63,891 nt of DNA, filler included, from Octopus bimaculoides (GCF_001194135.2; 5 parts of 5 records of this genome joined end to end with filler, not necessarily neighbours in it), one strand, 5' to 3'. Shown: positions 51,153 to 63,449, numbered from the whole stretch's first letter. A program made the numbers and translations. The notes: generated by a model from the sequence alone, not told the origin.

Positions 51153-52059
51153 TATGTACATAGATACACAAGTTTTAGCACCAAGATCTACATATAAGCT
51201 GACATTTCTGTACAAATGTCACAGAAAAATAACTCACCAATGTTTATGTACATACATATATACATACATATATAAATACAAATATATATAAAAGTATATA
51301 TATTTATAAACATATATACATATATGAGTCTCCGTGTGATCGCCAAAAAAAAAAAAAATCACCAAAACAGTTGACAAGCCGCTCGTAAATTCCGTTCTGT
51401 GGCGTAAAGTAAAGGTATCCTGGTTCGTCTCTCACTCTCTCTCTCTATCTCCACACAACGCGCACCTGCAGTCACCACCTCCACCGCGACGACAGCAACC
51501 ACCACTGTTAGTAATACTACTACCACTCGCACGGTCGGTCATTCGTTCATTCATTCGTTCCTCTATTCTTTCGTTCCCCCATTCGAACGTACGCACGCAC
51601 ATGTAATAAGTAACATATATACGTATACACAGTTGAGCCAACACACATACACTATATGCAGCAACAGTAATGGCAATAGGAAGTGGGCAGAACTTAATGC
51701 TTTCTTCATGTTTCATTGGTTGAAAATAATTCTCGCTTGCCCTGAAACATTCACTCGGCACCTATTGTCATGTTTCATATACACACACACACATATATAT
51801 ATATACATTATATATATATATATATATATATATATNNNNNNNNNNNNNNNNNNNNNNNNNNNNNNNNNNNNNNNNNNNNTTAATTAATTAANNNNNNNNN
51901 NNNNNNNNNNNNNNNNNNNNNNNNNNNNNNNNNNNGTGTGTGTGTGCACACACACGAGTAAGCACATACATGCAAAACAAGGAGGGGGAAAATAGTACTC
52001 GAATACCAAAGGTAGAGCAATATGCCTTTTAATTAAAACTGCAAAAAAATCACAAAAAA

Positions 52060-52099
52060 ACTGTTACTCTGAGTTTTACGTTTCCGTTCGTCGGACAGT
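52060..52099 (-). ncRNA. Minimal hammerhead motif with two core substitutions
   Basis: Minus strand ACTGT-CCGACGA-ACG GAAA CGT-AAAA-CTC A GAG-TA-ACAGT: perfect 5-bp stem I; U4->C and G12->A. Confidence 0.55.
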
Positions 52100-52807
52100 T
52101 GTGATCAAGACTGGAATAAAATTGTGATGGTACATGTAATATACGATTTAATATAATACAGTTTGCTGAATAAGCATTTGGATTTGATTGAATAACTTAT
52201 TTTCAAAACATAAACAGTGCTGTATTCACTGACGGTTGGGCGCTTTGGGGTGTATAAACTGAACAGTAAAATATAAATATACCGTATGATATAATATCGA
52301 AAAAAACCTTGAGTGAAAAGGCAGTAATGATGCATTTCCAGAAGAGATTAATTAATAATTATTAATTAATAGAAGCGTAAGTTCGTTTATAAATATTTTT
52401 ATAAATTATGGTTGAGTAACAGTTTTTTTGTGATGTTTTTGCAGCTTTAATAAAAAAAAGTATATATATGTATATGTATATATTATATACACACTCTCAT
52501 ATATACAAACTTACATGCGCATAGGTTTTTTGACTTAATATTGTAATACACATGAACCCACAACAACGATGACATCACTCCCAACGACATCAATAACAAC
52601 AATATCAAAAAGGAAGGGCCAAGTCGATTACATCGACCCTTGTAGTTAACTGGCGCTTATTTTCGCATCCTGAAAAGAATGAAAAACAAAGACGATAGCA
52701 TTTGAATTCAAGTACGTAAAGCTGGAAAAAATGCCGCTAATTTTTTCCAATGCGCTAAATATTCTGCCAGATCACCTTCTTAATAATAATAATAATAATA
52801 ATAATAA

Positions 52808-54039
52808 ATACAAAAAGAGGGTTTGTGCGGCAAGTAAGAAAAATATTGGCTTCAAAGCTAAATGCCAGAAACGTTATTTCGGGAATAAACTCGCGCGCAG
52901 TCGCAGTAATTCAGTATGGCGCTGGAATCCTGAAGTGGACAGAAGAGAAACTAAAGGAGATGAACAGGAAATCAAGAGAACTCCAACGATGCACGTGGAT
53001 GAGCCCATCATTCACGTGCAGACACTGATCACCAATACACGAAGAGAGCAAATGGAGGAAAAGGACTCGTAAGTGTGGAAGACTGCGTGCGTATCGAACT
53101 CGAGATACCTAGCCCAAAGTAAGGAAACTTTGCTAGTGACAGTCAGGAACGAGGGAGAACAGAGAAAAAAGGGAAAACAAAGGAAGAAATACAAAAAGGA
53201 CATTAAGAAGAATTACACAAGAAGGGACTACACAATCAATTCTATGTAGCCACAACAGAAGTTGCTGGAAAAGATAGGTGGGATCTGCTGATGAAAGGAA
53301 TCTTTAAAAAAAGAGACAGAGAGTACTATACTGGTAGCGCAGGACAAAGCTTTGGTCACGAACTGGAGGGTCAACCTTAGGAATGAGCAAGTATCTCCGC
53401 TGTGCCGCACGTGAAATAGGGTGAATGAAACCATTGCCCATATCACGAACGAATGCCTTAGATTTGCCCCAAAACACTGCAAAGTGTGGTGATACGACCA
53501 GGAAGCGGAAGTACTCCATAGGAAACTGTGCAAAAAGTGGGGGCTACAGAGAAGCAAGACGTATTATGAGCACAAACCGCAGAGAGTGGTGGAGTTGGAG
53601 ACTAAGCAAAATTCTCTGGGATTTTCCAATCCAAACAGATTAAGCGCTAGAGCATAACAGACTAGACCTAGTGGTGGTGGAAAATATGCTACATAGTTGA
53701 TGTTGCATGTCCCCTTGACTCACGAAAAGATAGATAAATACAACCCTCTTAAGTACGAAATAGCCCGGCTATGGAAAAATGAAGGTGAAGATAGTGCCAA
53801 TTACTGTTGGGTCCTTGGGAACAGTATCAGAAGGCACCAAGAGAAATATAAAGGAAATTGGTATAGACTACCCAGTAGAACTGTTACAAAAGGTTTGCTT
53901 CATTGGCACGGTCAGAATAATCAGGAAAATATCAGGTAGCTGAAAAGAGCGAATAGCATAGTACCGTAGGCTGCTGGTAGTAAGCCCGCTACGCTTGCAA
54001 GACTCCAGGAGCTTCAACAAAACCTGTGATAAAGAGATG
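52808..54039 (+). mobile_element. R4/Dong-like RLE non-LTR retrotransposon 3' fragment 1
   Basis: VRKILASKLNARNVISGINSRAVAVIQYGAGILKW; zinc-knuckle remnant; KILWDFPIQTD; RPDLVVVE; 3' UTR then (TAA)n. Confidence 0.85.
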
Positions 54040-54080
54040 ATAATAATAATAACAACAACAACAACAATAATAATAATAAT

Positions 54081-55280
54081 ATGCTGTAGTCCGCTATAGT
54101 GCACCCATCCTGAAATGGACACGAGCGGATATTAACCAACTTGATCGCACAACCCGAAAGACAATGACAATGTATGGTGCTCTCCACCCTAAGGTGAATG
54201 CACATAGGCTCTACATGAAGAGAGATGAAGGTGGACGTGGGCTGATTAGCGTAGGGGAGTGTATCAACAGTAAAAGAAGCAATATGGCAGAATATTTGGT
54301 AAACAGCAAACAAGACCTGCTAGAGTATGCTGCTAATGCAGAAGGATTTAACAAAAATGGACTTGAGAGTGCTCATGAATTCTGATCATGAACAGCCAAA
54401 GAGACAGAAGAAACCCAACTCAGCATGGAATTACATGGTCAGTTCCACCATGAAACTAACAAATTAAAAGACCAGGAAGTATCATGGAGGTGGCTTAACA
54501 AGAGTGACCTAAAAAGGTAAAAAAAGAATACTGAAAGCCTAATCATCGCTACCCAGGACCAGGCATTGAATACCAACTCAGTGAAAAAGAATATATTCCA
54601 CAAAAGTGCAACGATCCTCTGCAGAATGTGTGAGAAGAGGGTCGAAAGCGTGACTCACATTGTTAGTGCTTGTGAAAGTTTTGCGCTGAAAGAGTACAAG
54701 CGCAGACACGACAAGGTAATCCAAACCCCCCACTGGCTACTATGCCGTAAGTATGGGTATGAAGTTACGGGTGGTTGGTACCAACATACACCGGAAAAGA
54801 TAATGGACGAAAAGGGGAAGGCAAAAATCCTCTGGGACTATTAGTGCACCGAAGGTTGGATATAGTAACCTTTAGGAGGGACAAACAAGAGTGCCTAATA
54901 ATCTACGCGGCAGTGCCTGGGGATCAACATATCATCATGAAAGAAAGAGAAAAGAGTAATAAATATGGAGACCTAAGAATTGAGATCGCTAAAATGTGGC
55001 AGCTACGAGAGTCAAACATAAAGGTTATCCTTATTGTCATCGGACCATTGGGTTCAGTACCACCCAATCTAAAAAAAAACATCTGAAAACTTTAGAAATG
55101 CCCTACAATCTAGGAGTATAGCAAAAGTTGGCATTACTTGGAACTGCATGCATATTGCTTCAAGTACTGTCTGTCCGAGGTCCTTGTTGCGACGTGACAA
55201 ACGGTACAAAGCCCCGGTAGACACAATATCATCAATCAACAACCTCTCGATACTGTATACTGTGCGACGTCTATATTATT

Positions 55281-55281
<1 letters not shown>
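54081..55281 (+). mobile_element. R4/Dong-like RLE retrotransposon 3' fragment 2
   Basis: VRYSAPILKW; MYGALHPKVNAHRLYMKRDEGGRGL; CRMCEKRVESVTHIVSAC; YKRRHD; KILWDY; AVPGDQHI..KEREK..KYGDLRIEIAKMW; IVIGPLG. Confidence 0.9.
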
Positions 55282-55316
<35 letters not shown>

Positions 55317-55319
<3 letters not shown>

Positions 55320-55603
55320 ATAGACGAGTTAGATCAATACTAAAAACAGAGCTCAATGCTAAAAACAAGATAATGGGTATCAACACTTTAGCTGTCCCAG
55401 TTATAAGCTACAGCTACAACATCCTTAACTGCACACTAAACGAAGTATGTAAAATAGACAGGAAAACAAGAAAAATAATGACAGGATATAGGATGCACCA
55501 CCCAAAATCTGACATAGAAAGGCTATATATACAACGTACAGAAGGTGGCAGGGGTCTTATACAGCTAGAAAACTATTATAAAATAACCACCATAGGACTG
55601 CAA
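55317..55603 (+). mobile_element. R4/Dong-like RLE retrotransposon fragment 3 (runs into gap)
   Basis: YYRRVRSILKTELNAKNKIMGINTLAVPVISYS...MHHPKSDIERLYIQRTEGGRGLIQLE. Confidence 0.88.
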
Positions 55604-55710
55604 NNNNNNNNNNNNNNNNNNNNNNNNNNNNNNNNNNNNNNNNNNNNTTAATTAATTAANNNNNNNNNNNNNNNNNNNNNNNNNNNNNNNNNNNNNNNNN
55701 NNNATATATA

Positions 55711-56112
55711 TAGGCGCAGGAGTGGCTGTGTGGTAAGTAGCTTGCTAACCAACCACATGGTTCCGGGTTCAGTCCCACTGCGTGGCATCTTGGGCAAGTG
55801 TCTTCTACTATAGCCTCAGGTCGACCAAAGCTTTGTGAGTGGATTTGGTAGACGGAAACTGAAAGAAGCCTGTCGTAAATATGTATATATATATATATAT
55901 ATGTGTGTGTGTTTGTGTGTCTGTGTTTGTCCACCTAGCATTGGTTGACAACCGATGCTGGTGTGCTTATGTCCCCGTCAACTAGCGGTTCGGCAAAAGC
56001 GACCGATAGAATAAGTACTAGGCTTACAAAGCATAAGTCTCGGAGTCGATTTGCTCGACTAAAGGCGATGCTCCAGCATGGCCACACTCAAATGACTGAA
56101 ACAAGTAAAAGA
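55711..56112 (+). mobile_element. SINE family A, full-length young copy
   Basis: aggcgcaggagtggctgtgtggtaagtagcttgct...ttgggcaagtgtcttctactatagcc...gtgagtggatttggtagacggaaactgaaagaagcc...aaatgactgaaacaagtaaaaga; tRNA-like A/B boxes in the head. Confidence 0.92.
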
Positions 56113-56113
56113 G

Positions 56114-56144
<31 letters not shown>

Positions 56145-57280
56145 AAACAAAATGGAAAGAAGCACGTGCTAGTGGAATATTTAAATATACGGATAATAGG
56201 TTACATCGGCGAAATAGTTAGTGTTGACAGATTGTATAACCAAGCATAGACGGAAGAAAAAGGGATTGCCAGTGTAACATTATTTTTAACATTTACAAGT
56301 ACGTTAAGACGTACGTCAAGAAACATAAAAGGAGAAACTGGAAAAGTAAAAATGCTACGTGATTAGCAGGAGAGTAACAATGGTCTTAGGGATTTGATTG
56401 GGTATGAAGGAAAGCAAACAGGAGATATACCTGAAAAGGAATGACGAGCTTGGTCGCAGTGTCATAGGATGAAATGTGTAAGAAGGAAACGAAAACGATT
56501 AATATAACAGTGTAAGAACAAGTAATTAAAAGAAAACTATAGTAAAGCAAGAAGATGTAACAGAAGTCAGCAAAATAGTAAATGAAGATTGTGTATTAAT
56601 GTAGACGGCCATATTGTTGTTTGATAGTGATGATGAAGCTAAGAATCATGATAATGGTGATGGCGGTTAAGAAGGATATTATAGAAGTGGTGGTGGTGAT
56701 GACGAAGGGAAGCATAGCGGTATTAACGATGATGATGGTCATTGGGGTTGAGGTGGTGGAGACGGTTGCAATGATTTTTGTGGTGATGGCAGTGGCGTTT
56801 GTAACACAGACAACGGTGTGGCGGTGACGACGGCGGCGGCGTTGGCGGTGACGACGGCGGCGGCGTTGGCGGTGACGGCGACGACGATGACGTGACGACG
56901 GCGGTGGTGATGATGTCTTCAGTTTGTCGACACCCATAAAATATGCTTTTAGAAAAATGCATAAAATTCCATATGAATTCCAAATTATAAAAAAAAAATT
57001 GAAACCTGAACACAAAGAAAAACATGGCTGCCAGATTTGAACGATTACCACCTACATATAAACCATATAAAACTATTGACCCACTAAGATCAAATGATAT
57101 TAACACAGGCGGGGAGGATAAACATTTTTACACAAAACTCAACAGATGCACCAACTGTGAAAACGAAACTATGTGGGAATTATTATACTTGGCTGTTTAT
57201 GACAAATAATTTCAATTACATGGCGATAAACAAAAGGAATTAAGGACAAAAATGATGTTTAGTCATTTCAATGGTCGTAA

Positions 57281-57559
57281 TTAAGTTCTATAAACAATGA
57301 CGCCACCTGTTCTTTGAGTGCCCTGAGCATAGTTCACTCTGTTGCGAGTGCTCGAGCAAGTGAACCGGTTTCCTTCCAACCCACGTTGTTTGTTTTCCAT
57401 AAAAACTGAGTTGCAGATGTTGACGGTTACATCAACATCACATGCTTGAGAGGATCTGTAAAGAAAAGTGACATCAACTTGCCCCTGCGATCCATTCTTG
57501 TATGTAATCCTACGCTGTAGATATACTAATAAGGCAATTTTATTCCTCTGTTGATTCAA
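57281..57559 (-). other. Stop-free 92-codon frame in GC-richer unique DNA; possible exon or LRR/LRRCT fragment
   Basis: VNICNSVFMENKQRGLEGNRFTCSS resembles L.gN.F.C; candidate acceptor cacttttctttacag. No reliable family assignment. Confidence 0.25.
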
Positions 57560-57569
57560 AAAAATGAAC

Positions 57570-57615
57570 AGATTTAATCGATTTTCGACACTTATTGCGC
57601 TCTCATCAGACGTGT
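57570..57615 (-). ncRNA. Partial hammerhead motif
   Basis: Minus strand CTGATGA-GAGCGC AATAA GTGTC-GAAA-ATCGAT-TA: core and palindromic stem III are present, stem I is not supported. Confidence 0.35.
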
Positions 57616-58369
57616 TTACATTACATGACCAACCCCAGAGAAATAAGCAGCCGATATGGCTATATAAATAACATATCCAGTAGCTTCAGAGGACTGAAGC
57701 TACTGATTTGCATATTATGCCTGTTTAATATAATATCATTAGCCTGTTTAATATAATATCATTAGCCGGTCCATACAGTATCAAGGTATGATATATGTAA
57801 ACCTACATGGGAGACATACAAACACGTTAATCTAAACTGTTTCTCTGTAGATTGAAGAAAGATGATGAACAAACTTAACCGGTTTTCAACCCTTATTGGG
57901 ATCTGGTCAGAGTATTTACATCACGTTAGCAAATTAACAAAAGTTAATAAAATCACTGGTGAAATAGAGCAATAAGCACTTTCTCCAAGAAGGAAATTTC
58001 GTTTACACCCAGCTCATCCCTGACAGAAAAAAGACATTCCATTCATGACCATCCTGTCTTTTTAGATCCACATTATTCGTTGTGACCCTTCATTTTAAGA
58101 CGATGTTCATGATGATAGTGGTGATGGTAGGGATGGTGATAATGATGATGATGACGACGATGATGATGATTCTGCTATTGTTTTTCACACTGTATTATGT
58201 CCTTTCGTTTTCTGTGTGTGTGTTTTCTTTTTCGCAATGGTATCGACATTGCCCGGTTTCTATGGCGTATGTGTGTGTGTGTGTGTGTGTGTGTCCCACC
58301 AGCTGCACGGGACGCCAGTCCATCGCAGCTTTACTCAAGAAACAGGAAGAAAGTTGGGGGTGAAAGAGT

Positions 58370-58517
58370 ACAACAGGGGTCTCCACCTGCCGGAGCCTCG
58401 TGGAGCTTTAGGTGTTTCTGCTCAATAAACACACACAACGCCCGGTCTGGGAATCGAAACCGCGATCCTCCGACCGCGAGTCCGCTGCCCTAACCACTGG
58501 GCCATTGCGCCTCCACT
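58370..58517 (-). mobile_element. tRNA-derived SINE family D head
   Basis: Minus strand ggaggcgcaatggcccagtggttagggcagcggactcgcggtcggaggatcgcggtttcgattcccagacc, continuing into a SINE body with no acceptor-stem closure. Confidence 0.75.
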
Positions 58518-58529
58518 AAAATAAATGTG

Positions 58530-58775
58530 CCCTTCTAAAGCCTAGCCAGGCTCATGGGCCCGGTTTCCCGGTTTCTATGGCATATGTGTTCCCCAGCTGG
58601 ACGAGACGCCAGTCCATCGCAGCGTTACTCATTTTTGCCAGCTGAGTGGACTGGAGCAACGTGAAATGAAGTGTTTTGCTCAAGAACACAACGCGTCGCC
58701 CGGTCCAGGAATCGAAACCACAATCTTACGATCATGATGCTGACACCCTAACCACTAAGCCACGCGCCTCCACCC
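58530..58775 (-). mobile_element. tRNA-derived SINE, related family
   Basis: Minus strand ggaggcgcgtggcttagtggttaggg...ggtttcgattcctggaccggg...ttgtgttcttgagcaaaacact...gcgatggactggcgtc. Confidence 0.8.
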
Positions 58776-58954
58776 TATTCTTATTTAGTGTTGTAAAAAT
58801 ACCTAGAATTGGATCTAATATCTGAGGCACTAAAGAACATTTTTTTAAATTTGTTCACTGGTATTATTCATTTCGCTTATTATTCTTATTTTACGTTGTT
58901 ATGTATAACTACATGATAATGGTATAGGGAAGTGGTTCCCTACTGTGATCCCAA

Positions 58955-59124
58955 CAGCGGTTCCCAACCTTTTTATTTGAATCAGTTTTCCCACAGACCC
59001 CCTTTAATATGCTTATCCTTATGTATATATATATGTATATGAAATTTTGAATTTAGTTCATGGACTCCCATTGCTACCTTTTCAGACTACCAGGGGTCTG
59101 CTGACCCCAGGATGGGAACCGCTG
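58955..59124. mobile_element. hAT-type MITE (MER5-like termini)
   Basis: TIRs cagcggttcccaacct / aggatgggaaccgctg; no clear 8-bp TSD. Confidence 0.65.
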
Positions 59125-59335
59125 GTATAGGGGAAGAAAGAAAACCACGTAGATGTTATGGTGAAATATTTATTTAATAGTTACTTAAAACATTTGATTA
59201 TATAAAGACAGGTAAAAATGATTCTAAGTCCAAAACAATTTACTGAGGATAATAAATTAAATAGACAGTTGTTATTCAGTTTAGTTATTTTATGTGTTAA
59301 ATGTTATAACGACTTGACAAAATTTGTAATTTTGT

Positions 59336-59598
<263 letters not shown>

Positions 59599-60389
59599 TG
59601 GTAATAGTTTTATTGGTGTACCTATTTTTTGTTTTACGATCATATGATATTTACTTTCCATTTGTGGTTAAACTGAATGTGTCCAGTTATAACTTACGTA
59701 CATAACGTTATAGCATTATCAGTGAATATTTTAATGAATAATATATTATGATTCTTCCGGAAGAGATTATTAGACTTAATATCTAAACCATTTTGGAAGA
59801 GTAAATTACCGAGGGAGATAATTAAACTACTCATTGTGGGTATGATGGGGTATTCTCTCTAGTTCCGTGTAGGAACCTTACACCGTTGCAAACACTTCTG
59901 AACGAACAATCTTATAGTGACTTACATTCTGCTCTCATATGTTTAGCATATTTCAACCCCAAAGATTTGCCAATTTCCTGTTCTTAAAAACGTCCTGCAA
60001 ACATCCCTACGCAACCCTACATGTTCTTACTTACACCGAACGAAATATATACACATGGGTGTTAATTGCACCTGGGATTAGAAGAGAAACATGCGTAAGA
60101 TATGCACAAATGTATTCATACATGCACGAGGTCACACCCAAAAGCTTACCCATACACACTAACAAATACACATATGGAGATGAAAGCAGACGAAAATAGA
60201 CGAAAGATGTAAAGGAGAACATAAGTAGCGTGTTTCAAATTACATGGGTTAATTTGCTTACACACAAACAAACCTAAAACATCTACACATGCTAAGCGGT
60301 TGGTGAATAAATATTCTTATATGTTAGTCCAGAAGTTTCAAATATATTCATATCCGTGTTGTATATAATATATAGGTATATATATGTAT

Positions 60390-60524
<135 letters not shown>

Positions 60525-60823
60525 NNNNNNNNNNNNNNNNNNNNNNNNNNNNNNNNNNNNNNNNNNNNNNNNNNNNNNNNNNNNNNNNNNNNNNNNNNNN
60601 NNNNNNNNNNNNNNNNNNNNNNNNNNNNNNNNNNNNNNNNNNNNNNNNNNNNNNNNNNNNNNNNNNNNNNNNNNNNNNNNNNNNNNNNNNNNNNNNNNNN
60701 NNNNNNNNNNNNNNNNNNNNNNNNNNNNNNNNNNNNNNNNNNNNNNNNNNNNNNNNNNNNNNNNNNNNNNNNNNNNNNNNNNNNNNNNNNNNNNNNNNNN
60801 NNNNNNNNNNNNNNNNNNNNNNN

Positions 60824-60876
<53 letters not shown>

Positions 60877-61350
60877 GTATGTATGCATGTACATATATTC
60901 TTTTATTCTTTTTTTTGTTTCAGACTGCGGCCATGTTGGAGCTCCCACGCAGCGGGACTGAACCTGGAACCATATGGTTGGTAACCAAGCTACTTACCGC
61001 ACAGCCACTCCTGCGCCTATACATACATATATGCATATACTTATATTTGTATACGTATGTAAATACATACATACATACATTCATACATACGTGCATGCAT
61101 GCATGCATACATATATACATTCATCCATGTATATATATATATATAGATAGACAGATTGACAGACAGACAGATTGACAGACAGACAGATTGACAGATATAG
61201 ATATAGATGTGTAGGTAGGTATGTGTGTACATACTTATATGCATAAATACATGTATAAATTTATGCATACGCTTATACATAGATATATAAATGTGTGTAT
61301 ACATACATGTATAATATGTGTGTGTATATATATATATAATAGTGTTATGT

Positions 61351-61690
61351 TTAGGGATGGTCATTTTTTCTTGCCAAATAAACACACGCACTACATATTC
61401 GTTCTACACTTGGTTATTATCATTGTTCGTATCTTATGCCTCTTGTCTTAAATCTTTAGTCACACACCTGTGACCTCTTCAGTGACTCTGTATCCCACGC
61501 ATCTTCTCTTGTTCTGAACGGACTAAACAGAATAGAAGGAGGCACGTGAAGAGTCGCTGAAGAGGTCACAGGTGTGTGACGAACGATTTCAAACAAAAGA
61601 CATAAAGTACGAACAATAATAATAAACAAGTGAAGAACGAATGTATGGTGGGTGTACTTATTTGGCAAGAAAAAAAATGAGCAGCCCGAA
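61351..61690. repeat. ~340 bp fold-back inverted repeat with an 11-nt loop; each arm has a degenerate hammerhead-like core
   Basis: 61351-61516 aligns by eye at roughly 80% with the reverse complement of 61528-61690; ctgaagaggtcacaggtgtgtgac is present in both arms. Confidence 0.85.
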
Positions 61691-61898
61691 ATATAACAAT
61701 ATCTGTTTCAGCACACGATTTCACATCAGGAATCTTGCAAAACAAATTTATAAATGTTATATATATATATATATATATANNNNNNNNNNNNNNNNNNNNN
61801 NNNNNNNNNNNNNNNNNNNNNNNTTAATTAATTAANNNNNNNNNNNNNNNNNNNNNNNNNNNNNNNNNNNNNNNNNNNNGTTTTTGTTATTATTATTA

Positions 61899-61970
<72 letters not shown>

Positions 61971-62251
61971 TCACTGTCTAGAATCGAACTCGAAACCTTG
62001 GTGTTAGTAACCCGCGCTCTTAACCACTAGGCCATAAGCCAGTGGGCATTAACATGCACATGCATACACACATACATACACACATACATACATTCATACA
62101 TACATACATACATACATACATACATACATACATACATACATACATACGTATGTGTATACACATGCGCACTGATGCACACACATGCGCAGAAACAAAGAAA
62201 GAAACAGAAAGTACGCGGTTCCGATAACGGACGGAATCAATGACTACTGAA

Positions 62252-62297
62252 GACACCTGATGAAGGCAGGAGAGTATATCAGCTGAAACGTTGTGTT
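62252..62297 (+). ncRNA. Minimal type-I hammerhead ribozyme, stem II weakened
   Basis: GACAC-CTGATGA-(aggcaggagagtatatcagct)-GAAA-CGTT-GTGTT: 5-bp stem I, palindromic ACGT stem III, GUU triplet. Confidence 0.6.
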
Positions 62298-62386
62298 AAC
62301 AACAAACAAGATGACGACAAATATCCGTCAAATATAAATGATGTAAAAAATGTAAATAACGTACTTACTGGTAAGTTTCATTTGTC

Positions 62387-62433
<47 letters not shown>

Positions 62434-62927
62434 CCTACCTACCTACCTACCTACCTACCTACCTACCTACCTAACTATGTATCTGTCTACCTATCTATCT
62501 GTGAATCAGTTTCTCTGTCTATTTATCCATCTATTTATCTGTTTTGTATATATACGTACGTGTTTATGCATACATGTACACGTGTTCATGTATACATGCA
62601 TCCATCCATATATATATANNNNNNNNNNNNNNNNNNNNNNNNNNNNNNNNNNNNNNNNNNNNNNNNNNNNNNNNNNNNNNNNNNNNNNNNNNNNNNNNNN
62701 NNNNNNNNNNNNNNNNNNNNNNNNNNNNNNNNNNNNNNNNNNNNNNNNNNNNNNNNNNNNNNNNNNNNNNNNNNNNNNNNNNNNNNNNNNNNNNNNNNNN
62801 NNNNNNNNNNNNNNNNNNNNNNNNNNNNNNNNNNNNNNNNNNNNNNNNNNNNNNNNNNNNNNNNNNNNNNNNNNNNNNNNNNNNNNNNNNNNNNNNNNNN
62901 NNNNNNNNNNNNNNNNNNNNNNNNNNN

Positions 62928-62998
<71 letters not shown>

Positions 62999-63414
62999 GT
63001 GATAGATATACATATATATATATATGTGTGTATGTGTGTGTTTATACGTGTGTATTGAAATAGAGTTATTTGTGATAGATTATCAATCCGGGAAAAATAC
63101 CTAAACAATCTCTCTGTTAGCACACCAGGTTAACAATATTACTTCGTCTAATAAAGAACTGCACGTATTCACATGACATATTCCGAGGATATTGTTCTTC
63201 ACCACACTGTTTTGTAAACTCGTGGTTGTATTTCAGTTTTACTGCTTTTTAAACTGAGTGATATATGCAAGAAAAGAGAGAGATAATGGCTATTACATAT
63301 GTTCTCTTAATTGCAGTAAATTTGACTTACAGCTATTTTATAGTAGACATTATAGGGGACAGTCGTAAGTCATATTTACTCCAATGAAGAAAAATTATGT
63401 AATAAGCATTATTT

Positions 63415-63449
<35 letters not shown>

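Noticed and set aside
57024-57209. 61-aa ORF MAARFERLPP...
   Set aside because: Short, with no recognisable motif or splice support; kept only as a weak promoter-region note.
58440-58517. tRNA-like sequences (also ~58700-58775, ~61965-62045 and SINE A/B heads)
   Set aside because: A/B boxes are present, but there is no closed acceptor stem and they continue into SINE bodies.
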